In this document: piece by piece, positions 8,857-17,910 of the stretch
Numbering within the stretch: position 1 is the stretch's first letter
Layout of the letters: each line of letters begins with the position of its first letter
Sequence record: SRR31156797_8921
Strand: one strand, 5' to 3'
Length of the DNA stretch: 56,949 nucleotides
Program-made: the position numbers and the translations under genes
The notes under the pieces: model-generated
What the model was told of the DNA's origin: nothing
Seen by the model: the letters and a program-made list of their open reading frames with translations, nothing else
Databases searched by the model: none

Positions 8857-9360
8857 ATGTTTGCAAAAATTTTTCTTGGTTTTGTCCTCATCCCCCTGAT
8901 CGATCTCTACATTCTGGTTCAGATCGGCTCAGAAATCGGGACCCTCAATGCCATTGCCCTTTGTCTGCTGACCGCCTTTGTGGGGGCTGCCCTTGCCAAA
9001 TCACAAGGTGTTGCCACCATGCAAAAGGTTCAAGAAAACCTCAATAAAGGAATCATGCCCGCCGAGGACATCCTTGATGCGGTATTGATCTTTCTGGCTG
9101 GACTAGTCCTGCTGACCCCGGGATTCATGACCGATATATTCGGTCTGCTCATCCTCTTTCCGGTTACCCGCGGATATTTCAAACGGCTGCTCAGGGCCCA
9201 GTTTGAAAACATGAAAGACAATCCCAATATCCATGTGGTCCACCATAATTCAGAATTCACCGCCTGGACCAATCAGGAGCAACCTAAGAGGCGCATTGAT
9301 GACCACGACGTCATTGACGTTGAGGTAGAAGACAAAAAAGAAGATAAGCCGCTGCAGTAA
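8857..9360 (+). CDS. fxsA: FxsA family membrane protein
   Basis: P.IDLY.L..IG..IG, G..LAKSQG and LLTPGFMTD motifs; acidic C-tail DVIDVE. Confidence 0.9.
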   Translation: MFAKIFLGFVLIPLIDLYILVQIGSEIGTLNAIALCLLTAFVGAALAKSQGVATMQKVQENLNKGIMPAEDILDAVLIFLAGLVLLTPGFMTDIFGLLILFPVTRGYFKRLLRAQFENMKDNPNIHVVHHNSEFTAWTNQEQPKRRIDDHDVIDVEVEDKKEDKPLQ

Positions 9361-9383
9361 AAGCGGCAACAACTAGAGTTCAC

Positions 9384-9422
9384 AAAAAAATCCCGCAACA
9401 CGCTAAGTGTTGCGGGATTTTT
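9384..9422. terminator. Bidirectional intrinsic terminator between convergent fxsA and rlpA
   Basis: AAAAAAATCCCGCAACAC-gctaa-GTGTTGCGGGATTTTT. Confidence 0.9.
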
Positions 9423-9444
9423 CATTTCAACTTTCTAAATTTAT

Positions 9445-10170
9445 CTAATCCTGAATCACATCCGCCAGAATAAATGTACCCGGAAAACCTTTACCAAGAG
9501 AGCTGTGGGCTTTTCGCGCATTAACTAAGGTCTTGTACATGCCCAGCTGAACCTTGAAAATCTGAGCACTATCAGTAACCACCCGAACGGTGCGTGTATT
9601 GTGGAAACCAGCTTTGCTCAGTCTTTCGATAAGGCGGTCAGCATTGGCTTTAACCTTGTAAGCCCCGGCCTGAATATAGAATGCGCCGTAGAGTTTTTTT
9701 TGCACCGGAGCAGGAGCAATGGCGGCAACAGGCTGCGGCTCAGGTTCCGGACGGTAGGGTTCGATGAGCACCTTGACCTTACCCGCATCAATAAAGCCAA
9801 GCTGCTGTGCTGCGGCACGGGAAAGATCAATGATGCGATCCGGCACAAAGGGGCCGCGGTCATTGATGATTACGGCAATTTTCTTTTTGTTGCTAAGGTT
9901 GGTGACATTTACTTTCACGCCTAGCGGCAGGTAATTGTGGGCGGCGGTCATTTTTTCCATGTCATAAGGCTCGCCGCTGGCAGTAAGCTTGCCCTGAAAC
10001 TTTTCCCCATACCACGAAGCCATGCCTTCCTCTTTATAGTCAGCAGGAATCACAATTGTTTCGGACGCAGAAGAGCCTTCCGCCGTCTTGTTTTGATTCT
10101 TATCCTGCGCAAAAGAAGGAACCGCAACCATCAGCAGCAAAAGCTGCACCAAGAAAAAACATCTGATCAT
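9445..10170 (-). CDS. rlpA: Septal ring lytic transglycosylase RlpA family protein with SPOR domain
   Basis: Signal peptide; GMASWYG, TASGE, TAAH, INDRGPF and RIIDLS motifs; C-terminal SPOR domain (YIQAGAY). Confidence 0.92.
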   Translation of the reverse strand: MIRCFFLVQLLLLMVAVPSFAQDKNQNKTAEGSSASETIVIPADYKEEGMASWYGEKFQGKLTASGEPYDMEKMTAAHNYLPLGVKVNVTNLSNKKKIAVIINDRGPFVPDRIIDLSRAAAQQLGFIDAGKVKVLIEPYRPEPEPQPVAAIAPAPVQKKLYGAFYIQAGAYKVKANADRLIERLSKAGFHNTRTVRVVTDSAQIFKVQLGMYKTLVNARKAHSSLGKGFPGTFILADVIQD

Positions 10171-10238
10171 TTATCTCTCCTGCCGAATTTAGTACAATGC
10201 ATGTTACCTTTATGCATATTTCGGGTCGGTGGCAAGCC

Positions 10239-10547
10239 TTACAATTTCTTCATTTCACGGCGGTGCTTCTCCTCGTTATATTCACCAAGTTCATACATGC
10301 GTATTTTATTGCTCCGTGGGAACTCTCTTTTGAACAGGGTCTTCAAAAGCTTTTTCATACCCTTTAATACGGACTGGTGCTCAATTGTTTCATAACCGTC
10401 TTCGTAAATAATGTACTCCTGCTCCCGAACATGCAAAATTAAAAGAGAACGGTTGCGTTTGTACGTGCGCAGGTCTATGCAATGCCCCACGGGAAGTTTT
10501 TTAAGCTTCCGCAAAACCGATTCAAGTGCTGTAGCTTTATCAATCAT
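10239..10547 (-). CDS. Hypothetical basic protein (102 aa)
   Basis: Fills the gap between rlpA and rlmD; globular-looking sequence (TYKRNRS, EDGY, REFPRS); no recognised family and no clear SD. Confidence 0.6.
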   Translation of the reverse strand: MIDKATALESVLRKLKKLPVGHCIDLRTYKRNRSLLILHVREQEYIIYEDGYETIEHQSVLKGMKKLLKTLFKREFPRSNKIRMYELGEYNEEKHRREMKKL

Positions 10548-10586
10548 AAACCGGAGCGTACAGCGGTCAAAGGAGAACTGTCAAAC

Positions 10587-11984
10587 ATGAGTAATGATAC
10601 CAGCCCCATCCGCAAGGGCGATACAATTGAAACCAAAATCGAATCACTGGCTTTCGGAGGCAAAGGCATCGGCCGCTACGAAGGGCTGACCCTTTTTGTT
10701 GAAGGAGTCGTGCCGGGACAGACAGTTCGCTGTGAGATAACCAAGCTCAAAAAAAGGTTTGCCGAAGCACGGCGCACTGAAATCATCGGCCATGTGGACG
10801 ACGAACAGACTCCGGCCTGTGATTTTTTCGGTTCCTGCGGGGGCTGCCTGCACCAGGACATAAAATACAGCGCCCAGGCCTTCTGGAAAGGGCGGCAGGT
10901 CTGTGAAACTCTGGAACGTATCGGCAAGATCGAACCGGACACTCCGGGTATGGGTAATGAAGCCCTGCCTTCCCCACTGGAATACGGATACCGTAATAAA
11001 ATGGAATTCTCCTTCCACGGCATCGGTGATTCCCTAAAGCTGGGATTCAAAAAACGGGGTTCGGAAACAAATGTGCTGAATATCCCCAGCTGCCCGCTGC
11101 TCCCGGAACAATGCACTGACATTCCGGCACTGGTCCGCGACTATTGCGCAAGCACAAATGTAGGAACCTACCGCCACAACCGCGGCGGCTACTGGCGCAA
11201 ACTGGTAATCCGCTTCTCCCACCACAGCGGAGAGATGATGATCCACCTGCTTACCGGACCTGCAAAATCCCACCACACCATCAAGGGACTGGGGGAATTA
11301 CTTTTTAAAAATATCCCGCAGCTGAAAAGCTTTGTGCACTCCACCCGCAAAGGACGTGCCGATCTCGCCACCGGAGAAAGACTCATATCTGTAACCGGAC
11401 AAAAACAGATAACCGAAACCCTGACTCGCGCCGACGGCAGTGAAGTCAGCTACCGCATCACTCCCAATGCTTTTTTCCAGACGAACTCTAAAGGAGCGGA
11501 AGTACTCTACCGAAAAAGTGCAGAACTGGCGGCACCGAAAGCTGATGATGTTGTCTGGGATCTTTTCTGCGGCTCCGGAGGCATCGGTATGTTCATGGCC
11601 AAGGATGTAGGTAAAATGATCGGCATTGAGGTTTCCGAGGAATCGGTTCAATCGGCAAAAGACAATGCAAAACTCAACGGGCTTGAGAATACGCAATACA
11701 TTGTTGGCAACCTCGCTTCCGAAAAAGGGCTTCCCGAATACCTGCCCCACCCGGACATGGTCATTGTGGACCCGCCCCGTTCCGGCATTCCTGATCCTTC
11801 ATTACAAAAACTGATCGAGCTGGGGCCGGAGAAAATTCTATACATTTCCTGCAACCCCTCCACATTGGCCCGTGATGCGGCAAAAATGGAAGGCAGATAC
11901 AAGCTGGAACGCTTTGCAGCAGTGGATATGTTTCCGCATACGGCTCATGTTGAATCCATCGCATTGTTGACGAAAACGGGGTAA
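10587..11984 (+). CDS. rlmD: 23S rRNA (uracil-1939-C5)-methyltransferase RlmD
   Basis: TRAM domain; Fe-S motif C..F..CGGC; YRNK, FFQTN, DLFCGSG, VDPPR, YISCNP and DMFPHT motifs; AGGAGA SD before ATG10587. Confidence 0.92.
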   Translation: MSNDTSPIRKGDTIETKIESLAFGGKGIGRYEGLTLFVEGVVPGQTVRCEITKLKKRFAEARRTEIIGHVDDEQTPACDFFGSCGGCLHQDIKYSAQAFWKGRQVCETLERIGKIEPDTPGMGNEALPSPLEYGYRNKMEFSFHGIGDSLKLGFKKRGSETNVLNIPSCPLLPEQCTDIPALVRDYCASTNVGTYRHNRGGYWRKLVIRFSHHSGEMMIHLLTGPAKSHHTIKGLGELLFKNIPQLKSFVHSTRKGRADLATGERLISVTGQKQITETLTRADGSEVSYRITPNAFFQTNSKGAEVLYRKSAELAAPKADDVVWDLFCGSGGIGMFMAKDVGKMIGIEVSEESVQSAKDNAKLNGLENTQYIVGNLASEKGLPEYLPHPDMVIVDPPRSGIPDPSLQKLIELGPEKILYISCNPSTLARDAAKMEGRYKLERFAAVDMFPHTAHVESIALLTKTG

Positions 11985-12001
11985 ACAGGTCAGGATATTT
12001 T

Positions 12002-15000
12002 ATGGCTGAGACAGAAACACATGACACCCTGCTAGGAGAACTGCGCAGGTTGACTCTCTATCCCCCGGAAGAGCGTCAGCTTGCGGATTTACGGTTCAAA
12101 ATTGACGGTAAATTCAGCAGGACGCAGACTCCCCCGGACGGGATAGAGTCTGCAAAGTATGCCATGCTGCTATACGGTCTCGCCCTGAAATCCATTGACA
12201 TGGAAGCAGAGCAGAGCGGCAAGATATCATATGGACCGGCCCCTGAAGATACGACCGAGGATATTTGTCTCGACAACCTTGCCCAGATGGGTCCGTGCGG
12301 CAGGAATTTAGCAGCCTCTCTCCTCTGCAACCGTTTGCTTCCTTTTTCCCGGGTTAAGAACTGGTTTTCCAGACAGCACTACAGCACAGCTATTGCCGTG
12401 GCAGACCGCATGTTAGTAGTACATACTGATGACGTGCCGGAAAGAATTAAGTTTGCTGAATCCACCATCGAACATGCCAAAGAACTAAACCTACCCAGTA
12501 GTGTTGAATTCTTTAATACAAACGGAACCCGCAAAGGGCAGCTAACATTCAAATCCCTAGCGAAATTCATATCAGGCAACTACGGGAAAGAATGCCGCAG
12601 ACAACTGCGAGAGCCTGAAAGCCTTGATGAAATAAGACTTTGCGCGGAAAGCATGCCACCCTACCCGGACGGGGAAATGGTTGCAGATATTTCATTCCAC
12701 CTGAAAACCATGGACCCCATCATCATGGAAAAGGTGCTCCGTGCGGTGGAGAGACTGGCTGATGAGCTTGACGACGAACTGCTAAAAGAAATCATCCCCT
12801 TGGCCCAGTCCCCTTCCCTGCCTCTGGCCACGGCGGCCATGGATATTATCACGAAATTCGGAGGTAGCCGCAGGGGAAGGATTTTCGCCCAGATTTTCAA
12901 TGAAGCACCAAAACTCCGTGCAGAATTGATTAACCGGGTTCCGCTGCTTAATAGTGAGAACTTCGCCCGCTTCATGAACGAAATTTCAGCAGGCTACCAT
13001 ACTCCGATACTGGCGGTCCTTTTTTCAACTATCAGTGAAGAGGATCCGCAATGCTTTGGAAACCTTTTGAGCAACGTTCTCAAAATATCCCGCAGCAAAA
13101 AGAAGAACCGCCTCAAGCCGGTGCTGGCCCATATAATGGACACCGACAGCCTTAGCGAACCTGTGCGGCCCGAAATACCCGAAGGAAAGAACGTCCCCGG
13201 TGTAGATTTTATCAAGCAGGGCGGTCCCATTGTTCTGAATATTGAAAATAAAGATCAGGAACAGACCGGATTCAAACGCATTTTCGGCAAAAATATTGTT
13301 CAGTCCGACGGCATGCCCGACATTTACACTGACGGTCAAATAACCAACCAGCGGCTGCACAAGCTCAATAAATGGAAAAGCCTCTCCCGGGGACTGACCT
13401 TTCAAAATTCAACCTTTTCCGCCTGCGAATTCAAAGAATCATTTCTGGAAGAATGCATCTTCAAAAACTGCACTTTTGAAGGCTGCACCTTCAGCAATAC
13501 TATTTTTCTGGAATCAGAATTCAAGGATTGCAGTTTCAGCAGCTGCTCCCTTGATGAGTCGATATTTTATGACTGTGAATTAGAAAATTGTTCTTTTGAG
13601 ACTTCACACCTTGACTCCGCAGTAACCTTCCTGAGTAATTTCAAGGCTTGCAATTTCAACGCTGTCGCTGCTCCGGGAACTTATTTCTGCCGGACACGGT
13701 TCACCGGAGCGATGTTTCAAGCCTGCGACCTACGCGAAGCTTTCTTCTACAAGACCATGGTCAAAGGATGCGACTTCGCTTTCTCTAACTTTGAAACCAC
13801 CCTTTTCAAAGATTCAAACGTCAACTGTTCATCTTTTATGCAGTGCAATATCGGACATTGTCGGGCAAGCAACGTAAAAACCGAAGCACCGGAACTACTC
13901 AAAGCCATGCAACACACATTTGCCGCAAAACTTGGCGAACGGGAGAGACATAAAAAAAGATCTGCTGGATTCGGAGAGATTAATGAATATGGACGGGGAA
14001 TCCTGCATAAAGTCCTCAAGCGCTGGTTCGCACTCAAGGATATTGAACACTGCCATGCCTGCTTTGCCGAAAATAACAGCAGAAGACTGGGCTGGGCTGA
14101 ATCCAAACTGGATAGCAAAAGCAGAAAATTCCTAAAAATAATACCCGCCCTGCTGCATACAAACATATTTGAAATTAAGTCGGGAATGGACCCTCTGAGT
14201 ATGAGGACAAGGCTTTGTAACTATGAACTTTCTCCGCAGGTTATAAGTCTACTGGAAGAGTTTTTCCCGGAGATAAAATATGAGATCGGCACGGAATCAT
14301 CCATCCCCATCGAAGCTTTTATGTCCATCGGCAGTACCGGTACCATAGCGCAAACCCCGGACTCCGACCTTGACTGCTGGGTCTGCTGTAACTTTACAGG
14401 AAAGACAGTTGAAAGCAGAGAAAAGTTAGGCGTAAAACTACAGGCCATTGAAAAATGGGCCATGAATGAATTCGGACTTGAAGTTCATTTTTTCATCATG
14501 GATACCCGTGAAATCCGCGATAACCTTTTCGGACTGAGTGACGAAGAAAGTTCCGGTTCAGCCCAAAGTGCTATACTTAAAGAAGAATTTTACCGCACAG
14601 CACTGCTGCTGGCAGGCAAGCCTCCTCTGTGGTGGTTCACACCGCCCGAAGCCGGGGAAAAAGCATATGCTGACAGCAAAAAAAAGGTAGCCCTGCTCAA
14701 AGGCAAAGACTTTTGCGTAGATCTCGGCAATATTCCCAATATTCCGGTAGAAGAATTCTTCGGGGCCTCCCTCTGGCAGATTGTTAAAGGTATCAAAAGC
14801 CCTTTTAAATCGATTATGAAATTCGGCTTGCTGGAACTCTACACCTCGGACAGCAAGTATTCCCTGCTTTGCGAAAAGCTGAAAAAGAACATTGTCAGCG
14901 GAAAACGTAGAATCAGACGGGTTGATCCCTACATGCGGCTTTATCAGGACCTTGCAGACTTTTACCGCACCCGCGGACACAATGAGTACATATGGCTTAC

Positions 15001-15922
15001 TGCCATGGCCCTGCGCCTGAAATGCGGACTGATCGGAGAAAAAGAAATTAAGTCCACCCCAAACAGAGCCGAGGAAATAGAATTAATTGAATTTACTATG
15101 AACCTTTCTGGAGAAGAAACCGGGGCTTTTGAGAACTTCAAAAACCTTTCCGACTTTGGTTCAGTGGCTGAGCTGGGCAAACGGGTCAACCAGTTTATGG
15201 TGAACACCTACATGAAGGTACGCGGTGAACAAGACAAAATCCCCGGAGTCTCAATTACCCCAGAAGACCTGACCCGCCTGGGCAGGGTGATTTTTTCAGC
15301 CTTTGCCAAACGCACAGACAAGATCCTGCGCCTATCACTGCCCGGACCCAGAACCCATTTTTTCAGCTCCATCAATATCTCACGCACCGAAAAAGGTAAT
15401 ATCTGGAATATTCACGGGGAATATCCAGATGAATCCGGGGCCCGAAATATCCTGACCCGCATTGAATCGGGACCGGACCTCAACTTCATGTTGGTCTGGC
15501 TAGCCCTGAACGGGTTGTATGATCAAGATATGCAGGTCAAAACAGATATCAGTTCCGGTCCGTTGCGCGAGCGCGAAATAAAAAAGTTGTTCAGCGAGCT
15601 GATGCAATTCTTACCGCCCAAAAAAACTTTCAACGTGCCCATTGAAGAAACCCTCAATGCGGAACGTATGACAAAAGGCTTCTTTATCGTTAACCTATGT
15701 GTTCCGCCGGAAAGTAAAAAGGTGCAGGAAGTGCATTTAGTCTATAGCACCAACTGGGGCGAGGTGTTTTGCAGACCGCTCAAAGTAAATATGAAGTTGG
15801 TCGAAACCCCTGAACAATACCTTAAAGAGGAATTGGAGACACTTTGCGACGGGAAGATTCAACTGCACCAGTTTGTTCCGCAAAACGCTGAATGCCCGTA
15901 CCTCAAAATTCCGGTAGTTTAA
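12002..15922 (+). CDS. cyaA: Class I adenylate cyclase with N-terminal helical (HEAT-like) and pentapeptide-repeat regions
   Basis: Class I signatures PALLH, IGSTGTIAQTPDSDLDCWVC, EVHFF, SSGSAQ..LKEEFYRT, GASLWQ and SPFKS; five-residue periodic F/C repeats at about 13394-13880. Confidence 0.85.
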   Translation: MAETETHDTLLGELRRLTLYPPEERQLADLRFKIDGKFSRTQTPPDGIESAKYAMLLYGLALKSIDMEAEQSGKISYGPAPEDTTEDICLDNLAQMGPCGRNLAASLLCNRLLPFSRVKNWFSRQHYSTAIAVADRMLVVHTDDVPERIKFAESTIEHAKELNLPSSVEFFNTNGTRKGQLTFKSLAKFISGNYGKECRRQLREPESLDEIRLCAESMPPYPDGEMVADISFHLKTMDPIIMEKVLRAVERLADELDDELLKEIIPLAQSPSLPLATAAMDIITKFGGSRRGRIFAQIFNEAPKLRAELINRVPLLNSENFARFMNEISAGYHTPILAVLFSTISEEDPQCFGNLLSNVLKISRSKKKNRLKPVLAHIMDTDSLSEPVRPEIPEGKNVPGVDFIKQGGPIVLNIENKDQEQTGFKRIFGKNIVQSDGMPDIYTDGQITNQRLHKLNKWKSLSRGLTFQNSTFSACEFKESFLEECIFKNCTFEGCTFSNTIFLESEFKDCSFSSCSLDESIFYDCELENCSFETSHLDSAVTFLSNFKACNFNAVAAPGTYFCRTRFTGAMFQACDLREAFFYKTMVKGCDFAFSNFETTLFKDSNVNCSSFMQCNIGHCRASNVKTEAPELLKAMQHTFAAKLGERERHKKRSAGFGEINEYGRGILHKVLKRWFALKDIEHCHACFAENNSRRLGWAESKLDSKSRKFLKIIPALLHTNIFEIKSGMDPLSMRTRLCNYELSPQVISLLEEFFPEIKYEIGTESSIPIEAFMSIGSTGTIAQTPDSDLDCWVCCNFTGKTVESREKLGVKLQAIEKWAMNEFGLEVHFFIMDTREIRDNLFGLSDEESSGSAQSAILKEEFYRTALLLAGKPPLWWFTPPEAGEKAYADSKKKVALLKGKDFCVDLGNIPNIPVEEFFGASLWQIVKGIKSPFKSIMKFGLLELYTSDSKYSLLCEKLKKNIVSGKRRIRRVDPYMRLYQDLADFYRTRGHNEYIWLTAMALRLKCGLIGEKEIKSTPNRAEEIELIEFTMNLSGEETGAFENFKNLSDFGSVAELGKRVNQFMVNTYMKVRGEQDKIPGVSITPEDLTRLGRVIFSAFAKRTDKILRLSLPGPRTHFFSSINISRTEKGNIWNIHGEYPDESGARNILTRIESGPDLNFMLVWLALNGLYDQDMQVKTDISSGPLREREIKKLFSELMQFLPPKKTFNVPIEETLNAERMTKGFFIVNLCVPPESKKVQEVHLVYSTNWGEVFCRPLKVNMKLVETPEQYLKEELETLCDGKIQLHQFVPQNAECPYLKIPVV

Positions 15923-15979
15923 GGCTTTAGAACGCACCCGCCTCACCGGACAAAATTACAGACAAAGGAAAAAGCTCCA

Positions 15980-17224
15980 ATGCCAATAATTCGCAAAAGC
16001 CTGCTCCAACTGATTTTTTCCGGTTCGTTCATGAAAAGATGGAATGATAAACTACGCCCCATGGAAATGGTGGAAGTAGACAAACAGGCCCACAAGATGA
16101 TCGCCGCCTGGATTCTCTTTGTCCTTAACGGAGACAAACTCGAACTAAGGGAAAAAACCAGCCTGGGTAATGAAATAGTGGAAGGCGGTATCTTTGAATA
16201 CCTTTTCCGCATGGTCATTACCGACATAAAACCGCCTGTTTTTTACCGGATCAAAGAAAATCCCGAACACTACCGTAAGCTAACCAAATGGGTCCTCAAA
16301 CAGCTCAGGCCGAGGCTCATGCCCTTGGGAAAAGATTTTTGGGAAAGACTGACCGATTACCACCTCAATCCGGATGACAATTCCCTTTCCCGCCAGATTC
16401 TTGATGCCTCACATATGTACGCCAGCTATTCCGAATTCAAGCTGCTCAAACACCTTAACCAGATGGATGATGAGCTGGTTGGAATTGAGCAGAGCTTCAT
16501 CGACCGTTTGAAAACCTATTCCGGTCTTGATGGAGTAAACGAGCTGCTCCACTCCGAAACAACCTCGCTGGGAAGATTTGCCGACCTTTGCGGACGACTG
16601 CGTTTCCAGACCCGCTGGTCCCAGACCCCGCGTGTCCCGGAGACTTCCGTTCTCGGGCACGTTTTCATCGTCGCCACTTTTGCATGGTTTTTCAGCCTTG
16701 AAAAAGGAGCCTGCCCGGCCAGACGGCAAAATAATTTTTTTACCGGACTTTTCCACGACATCCCGGAACTGCTGACCCGAGACATCATCTCCCCGGTCAA
16801 AAAATCAGATCCCACCATTGGCGAGCTGATCAGGGAATATGAAGAGCAAGAAATGGAAAGACGGATCATGGCTCCTCTAAAAGAAAACGGATACGACCAG
16901 ATCGCTGACCGACTGGGCTATTTCCTCGGAGTGGATACAGGTTCAGAATTCGATGCCGCAGCACTGGTGGACGGGTTCGCCAAAAAGATAAGCACTGAAG
17001 AGCTGGACGCCCGCTACAATGATGATTCCTACGACCCCAAGGATGGAGAGCTGCTCAAGCTCTGCGACCATCTGGCCGCTTTTATGGAAGCATACAATGC
17101 CTTGCAAAACGGAATAACTTCCCCGCACCTGCATCAGGCATACTGGCGCATCAGCCAGAGCTATATGGAAAACCCGATAGTTGCAGGAATTCACGTTGGT
17201 CCGCTGCTGGCTGACTTTGAATAA
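15980..17224 (+). CDS. Tandem HD-domain hydrolase (YfbR-like C-terminal domain)
   Basis: Two RW..H modules; the second has RW..ETSVLGH, HDIPE and RDIISPVK plus a distal D (CDHL), while the first lacks the HD dyad. Confidence 0.8.
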   Translation: MPIIRKSLLQLIFSGSFMKRWNDKLRPMEMVEVDKQAHKMIAAWILFVLNGDKLELREKTSLGNEIVEGGIFEYLFRMVITDIKPPVFYRIKENPEHYRKLTKWVLKQLRPRLMPLGKDFWERLTDYHLNPDDNSLSRQILDASHMYASYSEFKLLKHLNQMDDELVGIEQSFIDRLKTYSGLDGVNELLHSETTSLGRFADLCGRLRFQTRWSQTPRVPETSVLGHVFIVATFAWFFSLEKGACPARRQNNFFTGLFHDIPELLTRDIISPVKKSDPTIGELIREYEEQEMERRIMAPLKENGYDQIADRLGYFLGVDTGSEFDAAALVDGFAKKISTEELDARYNDDSYDPKDGELLKLCDHLAAFMEAYNALQNGITSPHLHQAYWRISQSYMENPIVAGIHVGPLLADFE

Positions 17225-17328
17225 TCCGGTTTTGCATGAAACCCGGAAATATGATTTAAATAAGGTGAATGAATGCAAGCTGATTATGTTCAACCGCTAA
17301 CCACAGTACTGTTCAAAAGGAGAAATCG

Positions 17329-17814
17329 ATGCTGCTGAGAAAAAGAGCATGGGACATAATGAATGAAGAATTTTCCACAATTGAGGACTCTGCAAGCCTT
17401 GCCGAGGCAGTACGCTCTCTCCGGGACAGCATGAAAGAAGCACCGGACAATCATATTGTGGTGGTAAAAAAGAAAAACGGTTCCCTGCGCGGGGTCGTAT
17501 CCATCTGGACCTTGCTCAAGGCAGTGGAAGATATGGTTCTTAAAGACGAGGACCTGACCCTGACCGAAGAAGCAGATTGGGACCGGGCATTCAAAAGAGC
17601 CGGCACTGCCTGCTGCTCTGCAGCCCTCGATGATCATATCGAAGAAGACGTGGTTATTCTCAAGCCTACCGACCCCATGCTGGTAGTGCTGGAAATTTTC
17701 CGTAAGAAAAAAAGGACATGGGCGCTGGTACAGGAAGGCGGAAATATCATCGGCGTGGTTCTCTTAAGCGACGTCTACCGCGAAGTTACCCGCGACCTGG
17801 TTCAGCAGTTTTAA
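17329..17814 (+). CDS. CBS domain pair protein
   Basis: AWDIM, LRGVVS and IIGVVLLSDV CBS motifs; AGGAGA SD. Confidence 0.85.
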   Translation: MLLRKRAWDIMNEEFSTIEDSASLAEAVRSLRDSMKEAPDNHIVVVKKKNGSLRGVVSIWTLLKAVEDMVLKDEDLTLTEEADWDRAFKRAGTACCSAALDDHIEEDVVILKPTDPMLVVLEIFRKKKRTWALVQEGGNIIGVVLLSDVYREVTRDLVQQF

Positions 17815-17818
17815 CTTT

Positions 17819-17831
17819 GCCTCCGGCGGCT
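17819..17831 (+). repeat. Core of REP-like repeat GCCTCCGGCGGCT
   Basis: 13-nt identity with the core of the copy at 51678-51735 (reverse strand); lies just after a stop codon. Confidence 0.5.
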
Positions 17832-17850
17832 TCACACAACAAATCATCAG

Positions 17851-17890
17851 AAAAAAAAGGCCCTGTCTCCACCATGGAGACAGGGCCTTT
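17851..17890. terminator. Terminator between convergent CBS and HD-GYP genes (stronger on the minus strand)
   Basis: AAAAAAAAGGCCCTGTCTCCA-cca-TGGAGACAGGGCCTTT. Confidence 0.88.
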
Positions 17891-17910
17891 AATACTTTCT
17901 GCAAATAAAT

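Noticed and set aside
13394-13880. Periodic sequence as a CRISPR array or non-coding repeat
   Set aside because: The periodicity is at the protein level (pentapeptide repeats) within an open frame; no conserved DNA repeat-spacer pattern.
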